A stretch of DNA of 64,000 bases. Source: Escherichia coli (GTDB lineage: Bacteria > Pseudomonadota > Gammaproteobacteria > Enterobacterales > Enterobacteriaceae). The DNA lies in the NCBI RefSeq assembly GCF_029227855.1, contig NZ_CP074356.1. One strand, written 5' to 3'. The first letter of the stretch is position 1. Each line of letters opens with the position of its first letter. Under the pieces are notes generated by a model. The model searched no databases. It was given only the letters and a program-made list of their open reading frames with translations, and was not told the DNA's origin. The translations under genes and the position numbers were made by a program. Below, one piece after another: positions 45,862 to 57,850 of the stretch.

Positions 45862-46094
45862 TTATTTTGTAGTCTAGCCTTCTGGCCCTGTTACGCAACA
45901 TCTCATCACCCCATTACCCTGAAATGATTAATAAAATTCTGTCTAAATTGAATACAAAAAGCAAAATGCTTTTCCGTATACAAATCGTGTGAAGTGTTAA
46001 ATAGCGTCTATCATTATCAGAATTATCTGATCATATGACGTGGCTTTTTTGCGATCGGATAGCAACAAAAATTGATAAAAATAACGGGATCTCA

Positions 46095-47327
46095 ATGATT
46101 ACGCACAACTTCAATACCCTGGACTTACTCACCAGTCCTGTCTGGATCGTTTCGCCATTTGAGGAACAGTTAATTTATGCCAATAGCGCGGCGCGACTGT
46201 TGATGCAAGACCTCACGTTTAGTCAGCTACGAACCGGTCCCTATTCCGTCTCCTCACAAAAAGAACTGCCAAAATACCTCTCCGATCTGCAAAACCAACA
46301 CGATATTATCGAAATCCTCACCGTTCAACGTAAAGAAGAGGAAACAGCATTAAGCTGTCGGCTTGTTTTGCGAAAGCTGACAGAAGCAGAACCGGTGATT
46401 ATTTTCGAAGGTATCGAAGCACCGGCAACGCTGGGTTTAAAAGCCAGTCGCTCGGCAAATTATCAGCGCAAAAAACAAGGTTTTTATGCGCGCTTTTTTC
46501 TGACTAACTCTGCACCAATGTTGTTGATTGACCCCTCACGAGATGGCCAAATCGTTGATGCTAACCTCGCCGCGCTCAATTTCTATGGCTATAACCATGA
46601 AACGATGTGCCAGAAACATACCTGGGAAATAAATATGCTCGGGCGACGCGTCATGCCTATCATGCATGAAATTTCGCATTTACCCGGTGGCCATAAGCCT
46701 TTGAATTTTGTTCATAAACTGGCGGATGGTTCGACTCGTCATGTGCAGACCTATGCCGGTCCGATTGAAATTTATGGCGACAAGCTCATGTTATGTATTG
46801 TGCATGATATTACTGAGCAAAAACGGCTGGAGGAGCAGCTGGAACATGCTGCCCACCATGACGCGATGACCGGATTACTGAATCGGCGACAGTTTTATCA
46901 CATTACCGAGCCAGGCCAAATGCAGCACCTCGCCATCGCTCAGGATTACAGCTTATTGCTCATCGACACAGATCGTTTTAAACACATTAACGATCTCTAT
47001 GGGCATTCTAAAGGTGATGAGGTGTTATGCGCCCTCGCCCGCACTCTCGAAAGTTGCGCTCGCAAAGGCGATTTGGTGTTTCGTTGGGGAGGCGAAGAGT
47101 TTGTCTTATTGCTACCAAGAACCCCACTGGATACCGCGCTTTCGCTGGCTGAAACTATCCGCGTAAGCGTGGCAAAAGTGAGTATTTCGGGCTTACCACG
47201 CTTTACCGTCAGCATTGGTGTGGCGCATCACGAAGGAAATGAAAGCATCGATGAACTGTTTAAACGCGTTGATGATGCTTTGTATCGGGCGAAAAATGAT
47301 GGACGCAACCGCGTGCTGGCGGCATAA
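46095..47327 (+). CDS. dgcM: Diguanylate cyclase with PAS domains
   Basis: 410 aa from MITHNFNTLD; GGDEF domain with RWGGEEF active-site motif. Confidence 0.9.
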   Translation: MITHNFNTLDLLTSPVWIVSPFEEQLIYANSAARLLMQDLTFSQLRTGPYSVSSQKELPKYLSDLQNQHDIIEILTVQRKEEETALSCRLVLRKLTEAEPVIIFEGIEAPATLGLKASRSANYQRKKQGFYARFFLTNSAPMLLIDPSRDGQIVDANLAALNFYGYNHETMCQKHTWEINMLGRRVMPIMHEISHLPGGHKPLNFVHKLADGSTRHVQTYAGPIEIYGDKLMLCIVHDITEQKRLEEQLEHAAHHDAMTGLLNRRQFYHITEPGQMQHLAIAQDYSLLLIDTDRFKHINDLYGHSKGDEVLCALARTLESCARKGDLVFRWGGEEFVLLLPRTPLDTALSLAETIRVSVAKVSISGLPRFTVSIGVAHHEGNESIDELFKRVDDALYRAKNDGRNRVLAA

Positions 47328-47347
47328 GCCGCGGATGCGTCTCGAGA

Positions 47348-47911
47348 TCAACGGCTGCGCTTAGCGTGGCGCTCCCAGTTTTCTTGCTTCGCCTGCGCCG
47401 TTTTACGTAGTGCGACGTAACACGCCCCGCTGCCGCCATGATGCGGTAGCGCGGTGCAATATGCCTGAACATCATCAAATTCGGTCAGCCAGCGCGCCAC
47501 ATAGCTGCGGACAATATTGGCATGCGATTTATCTTCCCGCCCTTTACCATGAATAATCAGCACATTACGCAAACCATCCGCCAGGGCTTGTTGAATGAAA
47601 CTGAACACCATTTTGCGGCACTCTTCCACCGGCTGGCGCAAAAGATTCAGGCTCGCCTGTTGCGGATATTTACCACTGCGCAGCTTATCCAGCACCCCAT
47701 GTTGCAACCCTTCCCGCCGAAACTCCAGCGGCTGACTTAGCGGGATGATGTCGAGAAATCCGGTGGTGAGGAAATTATCAAGTTGCAGCGTGTCGATACG
47801 CTGCGGCGCACGTTGGTTACGCGTTGGATGCCAGTGGACATCTGTAGCACGTTTCAGCGGCTGGACATCTTCCATGGCGTCAAGAAACAGCGATTTGTCG
47901 TCAAGGTTCAT
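47348..47911 (-). CDS. smrA: Smr-domain DNA endonuclease-like protein
   Basis: 187-aa ORF with C-terminal Smr domain (LIIHGKG). Confidence 0.85.
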   Translation of the reverse strand: MNLDDKSLFLDAMEDVQPLKRATDVHWHPTRNQRAPQRIDTLQLDNFLTTGFLDIIPLSQPLEFRREGLQHGVLDKLRSGKYPQQASLNLLRQPVEECRKMVFSFIQQALADGLRNVLIIHGKGREDKSHANIVRSYVARWLTEFDDVQAYCTALPHHGGSGACYVALRKTAQAKQENWERHAKRSR

Positions 47912-48138
47912 GTTACATCCTCCCGCAATTAAGAGCGCGATATGATAACCAGACCGGGTCGGTCCAACAACGTATTACCCAAATTTCCAGTAATAAGTTC
48001 CAAATGTTGCCGATATTTTAAGCAAAATGCTTATGCATGATTATTCATTCACGATATTAATAATGTAACTTATATTTTCGTGAAATCTGTCACTGAAGAA
48101 AATTGGCAACTAAAGGTTAAAACCGTTATAACACAGTC

Positions 48139-48233
48139 ACCGGCACAGAGGAGACCAGGCCGGATTTAAGACGAGGATGCACTGCTGTGTGTACTGTAGA
48201 GTCTGGCGGATGTCGACAGGCTCTATTTTTTTA
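48139..48233 (+). ncRNA. mcaS: McaS (IsrA) small regulatory RNA
   Basis: ACCGGCACAGAGGAGACCAGGCCGGATTTAAGACG...GTCGACAGGCTCTATTTTTTT between smrA and abgR; recognised from memory. Confidence 0.6.
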
Positions 48234-48240
48234 TGCAGTT

Positions 48241-49149
48241 TTAACTTTGCAGATAGCCGCATTCTCGCCGAAATTGCGTGATTAATGACGCGGTCAGTGG
48301 TGTCTGGCGACTATCACGCCGCTGAATCAAATAATAGGTCGCTTTCGGTAAAATTTCGCTAACCGGCAACATCACCAGCCCCTGTCCGTGCAAGGGATCG
48401 CAGCCCATTTCTTCAGGTAGTATGCTGAGAAAATCGCTTTTTGCCACCAGACTGATACAGGCTGAGAACGTCTCGCAGACTACGCCGACCTGTGGCGTTT
48501 GCGCCTGATCGTCAAGCAATTCACTCAACTGTTTGTAGTAGCTGCCGTGTGGCGTCGGCATTGTCCAGCTGTAGTCCAGTAACTGTTTGATCGAACGGGC
48601 ACCAATGGCGGGATGTCCCGGGCGGCAAAAGATCGCGAATTGCTTTTCCAGTAATTTCTCAAAAGTAAATTCGTGGTCGTACGGTCCCTGATAATAGGTA
48701 TTGATGGTGAAATCCAATTCTCCCTGACGCAATTCATTAATCATCGACACCAGTTGCCCTTCCATAATGCGTACTTTTACCTGCGGATGCTGCTGATGAA
48801 AACGAGATATGACAGCTGGCATCAGACTGCGGGAAATACTGGCCCCCATGCCGATATTAATTTGCCCTGCCAGTTGCCCTTGTCGTTGGCGAATATCCTC
48901 TTGCGCTGCGCGCAGCTCTTCAAGAATAAGACTGGCGTGCTGATAAAAACTTTCACCGGCATCAGTTAACGTCACGCCTTTACTACGGCGAAAAAAGAGT
49001 TGTGCCGCCAACCCTTCTTCCAGCTCCTGAATAGATTTACTCAGTGCCGGTTGCGACATATTCAACATTCGGCTCGCTCCGCGAATGCTGCCCTGACGAG
49101 CCACTTCAACAAAAGCCCGAATTTGATGAATTTTTACCTGAAAAGCCAT
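48241..49149 (-). CDS. abgR: LysR-family transcriptional regulator of the abg operon
   Basis: 302-aa ORF with N-terminal LysR HTH; divergent from abgA. Confidence 0.9.
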   Translation of the reverse strand: MAFQVKIHQIRAFVEVARQGSIRGASRMLNMSQPALSKSIQELEEGLAAQLFFRRSKGVTLTDAGESFYQHASLILEELRAAQEDIRQRQGQLAGQINIGMGASISRSLMPAVISRFHQQHPQVKVRIMEGQLVSMINELRQGELDFTINTYYQGPYDHEFTFEKLLEKQFAIFCRPGHPAIGARSIKQLLDYSWTMPTPHGSYYKQLSELLDDQAQTPQVGVVCETFSACISLVAKSDFLSILPEEMGCDPLHGQGLVMLPVSEILPKATYYLIQRRDSRQTPLTASLITQFRRECGYLQS

Positions 49150-49324
49150 GACGCCACCGATAACCGTTATTTATCAGACCAAAGAAACTGGCATCTACTT
49201 TAATGCAGATGATTGTGTCAGGGTAATTCATGAACGGTTAAAACTGTGAAAAATCAGTTAGTGATAAGTAAAAACTATCGCTACGTGAACCGGGTCACAC
49301 TTTTTACTGATGACGGGAAAGGTT

Positions 49325-50635
49325 ATGGAGTCTTTGAATCAATTTATTAATTCGCTTGCCCCAAAATTATCGCACTGGCGACGTGATTTTCACCACTATG
49401 CAGAGTCTGGCTGGGTGGAATTCCGCACTGCCACCGTTGTTGCGGAAGAATTGCACCAGCTCGGTTATTCACTGGCGCTGGGCCGCGAAGTAGTTAATGA
49501 AAGTAGCCGGATGGGATTACCTGATGAATTCACTCTACAACGCGAATTCGAGCGCGCTCGTCAACAGGGGGCGCTAGAACAATGGATTGCGGCTTTTGAA
49601 GGCGGTTTCACTGGTATCGTCGCCACCCTGGATACCGGTCGCCCCGGTCCGGTGATGGCTTTCCGTGTCGATATGGACGCGCTGGATCTCAGTGAAGAGC
49701 AGGATGTCAGCCATCGCCCCTACCGCGACGGTTTTGCGTCATGTAACGCCGGAATGATGCATGCCTGTGGTCATGATGGACATACCACCATTGGGCTTGG
49801 GCTGGCGCATACCCTTAAACAGTTCGAGTCCGGACTACATGGCGTCATCAAACTGATTTTTCAACCTGCAGAAGAAGGTACGCGTGGCGCGCGGGCGATG
49901 GTCGATGCAGGTGTAGTGGATGATGTTGATTATTTTACTGCCGTGCACATTGGCACTGGCGTACCTGCGGGCACCGTGGTGTGCGGCAGTGATAATTTTA
50001 TGGCAACCACCAAATTTGACGCGCACTTCACCGGGACCGCCGCTCACGCAGGCGCAAAACCAGAAGACGGTCACAATGCCTTGTTGGCGGCAGCACAAGC
50101 AACTCTTGCACTGCATGCAATCGCCCCGCACAGCGAAGGCGCTTCCAGAGTAAACGTGGGCGTTATGCAGGCAGGAAGCGGTCGTAATGTTGTTCCCGCC
50201 TCAGCGTTGCTGAAAGTGGAAACACGCGGGGCCAGCGACGTCATTAATCAATATGTTTTTGACCGTGCACAACAAGCGATTCAGGGCGCAGCAACCATGT
50301 ATGGTGTCGGCGTTGAAACTCGTCTGATGGGTGCAGCTACCGCCAGTTCTCCTTCGCCGCAATGGGTCGCATGGTTGCAAAGTCAGGCAGCTCAGGTCGC
50401 GGGGGTCAATCAGGCCATTGAACGTGTTGAAGCGCCTGCGGGTTCCGAAGATGCCACATTAATGATGGCCCGCGTGCAGCAACATCAAGGGCAAGCCTCC
50501 TATATGGTGTTTGGCACACAGCTGGCGGCAGGTCATCACAACGAAAAATTCGATTTTGACGAGCAGGTTCTCGCTATTGCCGTCGAAACGCTGGCGCGCA
50601 CCGCGCTCAATTTTCCCTGGACGCGAGGTATCTGA
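49325..50635 (+). CDS. abgA: p-aminobenzoyl-glutamate hydrolase subunit A (M20 peptidase)
   Basis: 436 aa from MESLNQFINSLAPK; M20 amidohydrolase. Confidence 0.9.
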   Translation: MESLNQFINSLAPKLSHWRRDFHHYAESGWVEFRTATVVAEELHQLGYSLALGREVVNESSRMGLPDEFTLQREFERARQQGALEQWIAAFEGGFTGIVATLDTGRPGPVMAFRVDMDALDLSEEQDVSHRPYRDGFASCNAGMMHACGHDGHTTIGLGLAHTLKQFESGLHGVIKLIFQPAEEGTRGARAMVDAGVVDDVDYFTAVHIGTGVPAGTVVCGSDNFMATTKFDAHFTGTAAHAGAKPEDGHNALLAAAQATLALHAIAPHSEGASRVNVGVMQAGSGRNVVPASALLKVETRGASDVINQYVFDRAQQAIQGAATMYGVGVETRLMGAATASSPSPQWVAWLQSQAAQVAGVNQAIERVEAPAGSEDATLMMARVQQHQGQASYMVFGTQLAAGHHNEKFDFDEQVLAIAVETLARTALNFPWTRGI

Positions 50636-52080
50636 TGCAGGAAATCTATCGTTTTATCGACGATGCGATTGAAGCCGATCGCCAACGTTATACCGATATT
50701 GCCGATCAAATCTGGGATCATCCAGAAACACGTTTTGAAGAGTTCTGGTCAGCGGAGCATCTGGCTTCGGCGCTGGAGTCTGCAGGCTTCACCGTTACCC
50801 GCAACGTAGGCAATATCCCAAATGCCTTTATTGCTTCGTTTGGTCAAGGCAAACCGGTTATCGCCCTGCTGGGGGAATATGACGCCCTGGCAGGTTTAAG
50901 TCAGCAAGCAGGTTGCGCGCAACCTACATCCGCGACGCCCGGTGAAAATGGTCACGGTTGCGGACACAATTTGCTGGGAACCGCCGCCTTTGCCGCAGCA
51001 ATAGCCGTCAAGAAATGGCTGGAACAATATGGGCAAGGCGGCACGGTGCGCTTTTATGGTTGTCCTGGCGAAGAAGGCGGCTCGGGTAAAACGTTCATGG
51101 TCCGCGAGGGGGTATTTGATGATGTGGATGCGGCACTCACCTGGCACCCGGAAGCCTTTGCCGGTATGTTCAATACCCGCACGCTGGCAAACATTCAGGC
51201 ATCATGGCGCTTTAAAGGGATCGCAGCACATGCCGCGAATTCCCCTCATTTGGGACGCAGCGCCCTTGATGCCGTAACGTTGATGACCACTGGCACCAAC
51301 TTCCTCAACGAACATATTATTGAAAAAGCGCGCGTACACTATGCCATCACAGATAGCGGCGGGATCTCGCCCAACGTGGTCCAGGCGCAGGCAGAAGTGC
51401 TTTATCTTATCCGCGCCCCCGAAATGACCGATGTGCAGCATATTTATGATCGGGTCGCCAAAATCGCCGAAGGTGCGGCATTGATGACCGAAACCACGGT
51501 TGAATGCCGCTTCGACAAAGCCTGTTCCAGTTATCTCCCGAATCGCACCTTAGAAAATGCCATGTACCGAGCCCTATCCCATTTTGGTACCCCGGAATGG
51601 AACTGCGAAGAACTGGCTTTTGCGAAACAAATTCAGGCTACGCTCACCCCCAACGATCGGCAAAACAGTCTGAATAATATCGCTGCAACCGGTGGCGAAA
51701 ACGGCAAGGCTTTTGCACTACGTCATCGTGAAACGGTACTGGCGAATGAAGTCGCTCCATATGCCGCCACCGATAACGTGCTTGCGGCATCAACTGATGT
51801 CGGCGACGTCAGTTGGAAACTGCCTGTTGCCCAGTGTTTCAGCCCCTGCTTTGCCGTCGGTACCCCGCTACATACGTGGCAACTGGTTAGCCAGGGGCGA
51901 ACATCTATTGCTCATAAAGGAATGCTGCTGGCGGCGAAAACTATGGCAGCAACCACACTTAATCTCTTCATTGATTCAGGGCTATTGCAAGAATGCCAAC
52001 AAGAGCATCAGCAAGTTACGGACACGCAACCGTATCACTGCCCTATCCCGAAAAACGTGACACCGTCACCTTTAAAATAA
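50635..52080 (+). CDS. abgB: p-aminobenzoyl-glutamate hydrolase subunit B (M20 peptidase)
   Basis: 481-aa ORF; start overlaps abgA stop. Confidence 0.9.
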   Translation: MQEIYRFIDDAIEADRQRYTDIADQIWDHPETRFEEFWSAEHLASALESAGFTVTRNVGNIPNAFIASFGQGKPVIALLGEYDALAGLSQQAGCAQPTSATPGENGHGCGHNLLGTAAFAAAIAVKKWLEQYGQGGTVRFYGCPGEEGGSGKTFMVREGVFDDVDAALTWHPEAFAGMFNTRTLANIQASWRFKGIAAHAANSPHLGRSALDAVTLMTTGTNFLNEHIIEKARVHYAITDSGGISPNVVQAQAEVLYLIRAPEMTDVQHIYDRVAKIAEGAALMTETTVECRFDKACSSYLPNRTLENAMYRALSHFGTPEWNCEELAFAKQIQATLTPNDRQNSLNNIAATGGENGKAFALRHRETVLANEVAPYAATDNVLAASTDVGDVSWKLPVAQCFSPCFAVGTPLHTWQLVSQGRTSIAHKGMLLAAKTMAATTLNLFIDSGLLQECQQEHQQVTDTQPYHCPIPKNVTPSPLK

Positions 52081-52116
52081 CAACAACAACGCAAACACAA
52101 CAAACGAGGAATGCCC

Positions 52117-53643
52117 ATGAGTATGTCATCCATACCGTCGTCCTCCCAATCCGGGAAGCTCTATGGCTGGGTCGAAAGAATTGGTAACAAGGTTCCCCAT
52201 CCTTTTTTGCTCTTTATCTATTTGATTATCGTACTCATGGTTACGACGGCAATTTTGTCGGCCTTTGGCGTCAGTGCAAAAAACCCGACCGATGGTACGC
52301 CGGTGGTGGTGAAAAACCTGCTCAGTGTGGAAGGATTACACTGGTTTTTACCCAATGTTATTAAAAACTTTAGCGGTTTTGCTCCACTTGGTGCGATCCT
52401 GGCGCTGGTTTTAGGTGCCGGTCTGGCGGAGCGCGTCGGCTTACTACCAGCGCTAATGGTTAAAATGGCATCGCATGTTAATGCCCGCTACGCCAGTTAT
52501 ATGGTGCTGTTTATTGCTTTTTTCAGCCACATTTCTTCCGATGCGGCGTTAGTGATCATGCCACCGATGGGTGCGCTAATTTTTCTGGCGGTGGGCAGGC
52601 ATCCAGTTGCAGGTTTACTGGCTGCCATTGCAGGCGTAGGTTGCGGCTTTACGGCTAATTTACTGATTGTCACAACCGACGTGTTGCTGTCGGGGATCAG
52701 CACGGAAGCGGCGGCTGCGTTCAATCCGCAAATGCACGTCAGTGTAATTGATAACTGGTATTTTATGGCCAGCTCCGTAGTCGTACTGACGATTGTTGGC
52801 GGCCTGATAACCGACAAAATCATCGAGCCACGGTTAGGTCAATGGCAGGGAAACAGCGATGAGAAACTGCAGACATTGACCGAAAGTCAACGTTTTGGTT
52901 TACGCATAGCAGGTGTCGTATCGCTACTTTTTATTGCTGCGATTGCGCTGATGGTGATCCCGGAAAACGGGATATTGCGCGATCCGATTAATCACACCGT
53001 GATGCCATCACCCTTTATTAAAGGTATCGTGCCACTGATCATTCTTTTTTTCTTTGTGGTCTCGCTGGCTTATGGCATCGCTACCCGCACAATTCGACGT
53101 CAGGCGGATTTACCGCAATTAATGATTGAACCGATGAAAGAGATGGCGGGATTTATCGTGATGGTTTTTCCCCTCGCCCAGTTTGTCGCCATGTTTAACT
53201 GGAGCAACATGGGGAAATTCATCGCCGTGGGGCTGACCGATATACTGGAAAGTTCAGGGCTTAGCGGCATCCCGGCGTTTGTCGGTCTGGCGTTGCTTTC
53301 CTCTTTCTTATGCATGTTTATCGCCAGCGGTTCCGCAATCTGGTCGATTCTGGCCCCCATTTTCGTACCGATGTTTATGCTACTTGGCTTTCACCCGGCA
53401 TTTGCGCAAATCCTCTTTCGTATTGCCGACTCATCCGTATTGCCTTTAGCGCCGGTATCTCCTTTTGTTCCACTGTTTCTTGGATTCCTGCAACGCTACA
53501 AACCAGACGCGAAACTGGGTACTTACTATTCGTTAGTTTTGCCCTATCCACTTATCTTTTTGGTGGTATGGCTGCTGATGTTGCTGGCGTGGTATCTTGT
53601 CGGTCTGCCGATAGGTCCGGGGATTTACCCACGTTTGTCTTAA
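52117..53643 (+). CDS. abgT: p-aminobenzoyl-glutamate transporter (AbgT family)
   Basis: 508-aa polytopic membrane protein. Confidence 0.9.
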   Translation: MSMSSIPSSSQSGKLYGWVERIGNKVPHPFLLFIYLIIVLMVTTAILSAFGVSAKNPTDGTPVVVKNLLSVEGLHWFLPNVIKNFSGFAPLGAILALVLGAGLAERVGLLPALMVKMASHVNARYASYMVLFIAFFSHISSDAALVIMPPMGALIFLAVGRHPVAGLLAAIAGVGCGFTANLLIVTTDVLLSGISTEAAAAFNPQMHVSVIDNWYFMASSVVVLTIVGGLITDKIIEPRLGQWQGNSDEKLQTLTESQRFGLRIAGVVSLLFIAAIALMVIPENGILRDPINHTVMPSPFIKGIVPLIILFFFVVSLAYGIATRTIRRQADLPQLMIEPMKEMAGFIVMVFPLAQFVAMFNWSNMGKFIAVGLTDILESSGLSGIPAFVGLALLSSFLCMFIASGSAIWSILAPIFVPMFMLLGFHPAFAQILFRIADSSVLPLAPVSPFVPLFLGFLQRYKPDAKLGTYYSLVLPYPLIFLVVWLLMLLAWYLVGLPIGPGIYPRLS

Positions 53644-53653
53644 GAGAGAACGG

Positions 53654-54169
53654 ATGCTGAGATTACTTGAAGAAAAAATTGTCACGCCACTGGGTCCACT
53701 GTGGGTGATTTGCGATGAGCAATTTCGCCTGCGGGCGGTTGAATGGGAAGAGTACAGCGAACGCATGGTGCAGCTGCTGGACATCCATTACCGCAAAGAA
53801 GGCTATGAACGCATTTCTGCCACCAACCCAGGTGGTTTAAGCGACAAGCTTCGTGAATATTTTGCCGGTAATCTTAGCATTATTGATACGCTTCCCACTG
53901 CCACGGGGGGGACGCCATTTCAGCGCGAAGTCTGGAAAACACTACGTACTATCCCCTGCGGGCAGGTAATGCATTACGGTCAACTGGCCGAACAATTGGG
54001 TCGCCCTGGCGCGGCGCGTGCCGTTGGTGCGGCTAACGGATCGAATCCCATCAGCATTGTTGTGCCTTGTCATCGGGTCATTGGCAGAAACGGTACCATG
54101 ACCGGATATGCAGGCGGAGTTCAGCGAAAAGAGTGGTTATTACGCCACGAAGGTTATCTTTTGCTGTAA
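53654..54169 (+). CDS. ogt: O6-methylguanine-DNA methyltransferase
   Basis: 171-aa ORF with active-site PCHRV motif. Confidence 0.93.
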   Translation: MLRLLEEKIVTPLGPLWVICDEQFRLRAVEWEEYSERMVQLLDIHYRKEGYERISATNPGGLSDKLREYFAGNLSIIDTLPTATGGTPFQREVWKTLRTIPCGQVMHYGQLAEQLGRPGAARAVGAANGSNPISIVVPCHRVIGRNGTMTGYAGGVQRKEWLLRHEGYLLL

Positions 54170-54330
54170 ACATTAAACAATTTGTGCCAGCTTGTTCACA
54201 CTTTTATGTAAAGTTACCCTTAACAACTTAAGGGTTTTCAAATAGATAGACATATATTTACATCTAATATCGGAATTCTCTGCTGTTAAGGTTTGCTTAG
54301 ACTTACTTGCTCCCTAAAAAGATGTTAAAA

Positions 54331-54344
54331 TTGACAAATATCAA
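54331..54344. promoter_or_regulatory. FNR box at the fnr promoter (autoregulation site)
   Basis: ttgacaaatatcaa, near-perfect TTGAT-N4-ATCAA dyad 20 bp upstream of the fnr start codon. Confidence 0.65.
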
Positions 54345-54363
54345 TTACGGCTTGAGCAGACCT

Positions 54364-55116
54364 ATGATCCCGGAAAAGCGAATTATACGGCGCATTCAGT
54401 CTGGCGGTTGTGCTATCCATTGCCAGGATTGCAGCATCAGCCAGCTTTGCATCCCGTTCACACTCAACGAACATGAGCTTGATCAGCTTGATAATATCAT
54501 TGAGCGGAAGAAGCCTATTCAGAAAGGCCAGACGCTGTTTAAGGCTGGTGATGAACTTAAATCGCTTTATGCCATCCGCTCCGGTACGATTAAAAGTTAT
54601 ACCATCACTGAGCAAGGCGACGAGCAAATTACTGGTTTCCATTTAGCAGGCGATCTGGTGGGATTTGACGCTATCGGCAGCGGTCATCACCCGAGCTTCG
54701 CGCAGGCGCTGGAAACCTCGATGGTATGTGAAATCCCGTTCGAAACGCTGGACGATTTGTCTGGTAAAATGCCGAATCTGCGTCAGCAGATGATGCGTCT
54801 GATGAGCGGTGAAATCAAAGGCGATCAGGACATGATCCTGCTGTTGTCGAAGAAAAATGCCGAGGAACGTCTGGCTGCATTCATCTACAACCTGTCCCGT
54901 CGTTTTGCCCAACGCGGCTTCTCCCCTCGTGAATTCCGCCTGACGATGACTCGTGGCGATATCGGTAACTATCTGGGCCTGACGGTAGAAACCATCAGCC
55001 GTCTGCTGGGTCGCTTCCAGAAAAGCGGTATGCTGGCAGTCAAAGGTAAATACATCACCATCGAAAATAACGATGCGCTGGCCCAGCTTGCTGGTCATAC
55101 GCGTAACGTTGCCTGA
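54364..55116 (+). CDS. fnr: Global anaerobic regulator FNR (CRP/FNR family, 4Fe-4S)
   Basis: 250 aa from [29 protein letters not shown] (N-terminal Cys cluster); C-terminal HTH. Confidence 0.95.
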
Positions 55117-55267
55117 TTTTTCCGCATAACTCACTATCCTTCTGTCATATCATTAAATTTTTCTGATTTATTGATCTGACAGAAGGTTCATCACTGTTTC
55201 ATTCACCAGATATGGGTTAATCTTTTAATTACAAACTGCGTTGACAGTTGTTGTAAGGAGACCCTGT

Positions 55268-56218
55268 ATGGCTATGTATCAGAACATGCTCGTTGTTATC
55301 GATCCTAACCAGGACGACCAACCAGCATTGCGGCGAGCTGTTTATTTACATCAACGGATTGGTGGCAAAATTAAAGCCTTTTTGCCGATCTATGACTTCT
55401 CATACGAAATGACCACCCTGCTCTCTCCGGACGAACGTACCGCTATGCGTCAGGGCGTCATCAGCCAGCGTACAGCCTGGATCCACGAGCAGGCAAAATA
55501 TTATCTCAATGCTGGCGTTCCCATTGAAATTAAAGTGGTCTGGCATAACCGTCCTTTCGAAGCCATCATTCAGGAAGTGATCAGCGGCGGGCACGATTTG
55601 GTGCTAAAAATGGCGCACCAACATGACCGTCTGGAAGCGGTGATTTTTACGCCAACGGACTGGCATCTGTTACGCAAATGCCCAAGCCCGGTGTGGATGG
55701 TGAAAGACCAGCCGTGGCCGGAAGGGGGTAAGGCGCTGGTGGCGGTGAATCTCGCCAGTGAAGAGCCGTACCATAATGCGCTCAATGAAAAACTGGTCAA
55801 AGAGACGATCGAACTGGCGGAACAAGTCAACCATACCGAAGTTCATCTGGTTGGCGCTTATCCGGTAACGCCAATTAATATCGCGATTGAACTGCCGGAA
55901 TTTGATCCGAGCGTTTATAACGATGCCATTCGTGGGCAACATTTGCTGGCAATGAAAGCCCTGCGGCAGAAATTCGGCATTAATGAAAACATGACGCACG
56001 TAGAAAAAGGTCTGCCAGAAGAGGTGATTCCTGATTTGGCGGAGCATTTACAGGCGGGGATTGTGGTTCTGGGCACGGTAGGACGCACCGGTATTTCAGC
56101 AGCATTCCTCGGCAACACGGCAGAACAGGTGATTGATCATCTTCGCTGCGACCTGCTGGTCATTAAACCTGACCAGTATCAGACACCCGTTGAACTGGAT
56201 GACGAAGAAGACGATTAA
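55268..56218 (+). CDS. uspE: Tandem-domain universal stress protein E
   Basis: 316 aa from [17 protein letters not shown]. Confidence 0.9.
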   Translation: MAMYQNMLVVIDPNQDDQPALRRAVYLHQRIGGKIKAFLPIYDFSYEMTTLLSPDERTAMRQGVISQRTAWIHEQAKYYLNAGVPIEIKVVWHNRPFEAIIQEVISGGHDLVLKMAHQHDRLEAVIFTPTDWHLLRKCPSPVWMVKDQPWPEGGKALVAVNLASEEPYHNALNEKLVKETIELAEQVNHTEVHLVGAYPVTPINIAIELPEFDPSVYNDAIRGQHLLAMKALRQKFGINENMTHVEKGLPEEVIPDLAEHLQAGIVVLGTVGRTGISAAFLGNTAEQVIDHLRCDLLVIKPDQYQTPVELDDEEDD

Positions 56219-56267
56219 CGACTCTTCAATAACTGACAAGGCCCGAGTTATCGGGCCTATTTTTTAC

Positions 56268-56525
56268 TTACTGCTCTTCGCCGCCAAGGAAATAAATTCC
56301 CAACGGGATTGCCAGCAACACAGTAAAGACCAGGCTATAAACAAAAATCATTGATGACTGAATCACATACATTGATGTCGTCCACTCAGACAGCGGAATA
56401 TTGTACTGTTCTATCACGCCGCCGATGGTCGCGCGAGTCACAACCGACGCCGCAATAATGAAAACCGCCAACAAACCAAAGAGAAATTTCTTCCCTTTCG
56501 CTGACTTCAGTTTCGCCATAATCAT
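56268..56525 (-). CDS. ynaJ: Small inner-membrane protein YnaJ
   Basis: 85-aa ORF with two predicted TM helices. Confidence 0.8.
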   Translation of the reverse strand: MIMAKLKSAKGKKFLFGLLAVFIIAASVVTRATIGGVIEQYNIPLSEWTTSMYVIQSSMIFVYSLVFTVLLAIPLGIYFLGGEEQ

Positions 56526-56768
56526 GATGTAATCCTTGTGCAGACAAATTTCTTGTTACCTAAACGCAACAATACCATGACATTTCACCGTTGTCTGCTC
56601 TGAAAACCTCACCTCTTAGCTGGATTTACAATCAACGCATTGATTAGTTAGCTAATGTTGCTACTTCCTTCCCTGACTATTGATGATCTGAATGAATTGT
56701 CGCGGTAAAATAGCCCCGCCAGGGGTTTCCGGCATGACGACAATTATCTGGAGGAGCCTGATAAAACA

Positions 56769-57800
56769 ATGATCGCTGAACTGTTTACAAATAATGCGCT
56801 TAATCTGGTCATTATTTTCGGTAGCTGCGCAGCATTGATTCTGATGAGCTTTTGGTTTCGCCGCGGAAATCGTAAAAGAAAAGGTTTTTTATTCCATGCG
56901 GTGCAATTTTTAATCTACACCATAATTATCAGTGCTGTTGGTAGCATCATTAATTATGTTATAGAAAACTATAAACTCAAATTTATCACCCCAGGCGTTA
57001 TCGATTTTATCTGTACGTCCCTGATTGCGGTTATTCTGACGATTAAGCTATTTCTGCTGATTAATCAGTTTGAAAAACAGCAGATTAAAAAAGGTCGCGA
57101 TATCACCAGTGCGCGGATTATGTCGCGTATCATCAAAATCACCATTATTGTGGTGCTTGTTCTGCTTTATGGCGAACATTTCGGCATGAGCCTTTCTGGC
57201 TTGTTGACCTTTGGTGGTATTGGTGGTCTGGCTGTCGGTATGGCCGGTAAAGATATTCTGAGTAACTTCTTTTCCGGGATTATGCTCTATTTCGACCGTC
57301 CTTTTAGTATTGGCGACTGGATCCGTTCACCGGACAGAAATATCGAAGGTACAGTATCGGAAATTGGCTGGCGAATTACCAAGATTACGACTTTTGATAA
57401 TCGTCCGTTGTACGTACCGAACTCGCTGTTTTCGTCAATCAGCGTAGAAAACCCAGGACGAATGACCAACCGGCGCATTACCACGACCATTGGTTTACGT
57501 TATGAGGATGCGGCAAAAGTGGGCGTTATTGTCGAAGCCGTACGTGAGATGCTGAAAAATCACCCGGCCATTGACCAGCGACAAACCTTACTGGTTTATT
57601 TCAACCAGTTTGCTGACTCCTCATTGAATATTATGGTTTATTGCTTTACCAAAACCACGGTATGGGCTGAATGGCTTGCTGCACAGCAAGACGTTTATTT
57701 GAAGATTATCGATATTGTACAGTCACACGGCGCGGACTTTGCCTTCCCCAGCCAGACGCTGTATATGGATAACATTACACCGCCGGACCAGGGTCGCTAA
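56769..57800 (+). CDS. ynaI: MscS-family low-conductance mechanosensitive channel
   Basis: 343-aa ORF with N-terminal TM helices and MscS-like core. Confidence 0.88.
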   Translation: MIAELFTNNALNLVIIFGSCAALILMSFWFRRGNRKRKGFLFHAVQFLIYTIIISAVGSIINYVIENYKLKFITPGVIDFICTSLIAVILTIKLFLLINQFEKQQIKKGRDITSARIMSRIIKITIIVVLVLLYGEHFGMSLSGLLTFGGIGGLAVGMAGKDILSNFFSGIMLYFDRPFSIGDWIRSPDRNIEGTVSEIGWRITKITTFDNRPLYVPNSLFSSISVENPGRMTNRRITTTIGLRYEDAAKVGVIVEAVREMLKNHPAIDQRQTLLVYFNQFADSSLNIMVYCFTKTTVWAEWLAAQQDVYLKIIDIVQSHGADFAFPSQTLYMDNITPPDQGR

Positions 57801-57850
57801 ATCAGACATCACTGGCGTTATCCACAAGGGTAACGCCAATTCCCATCACA

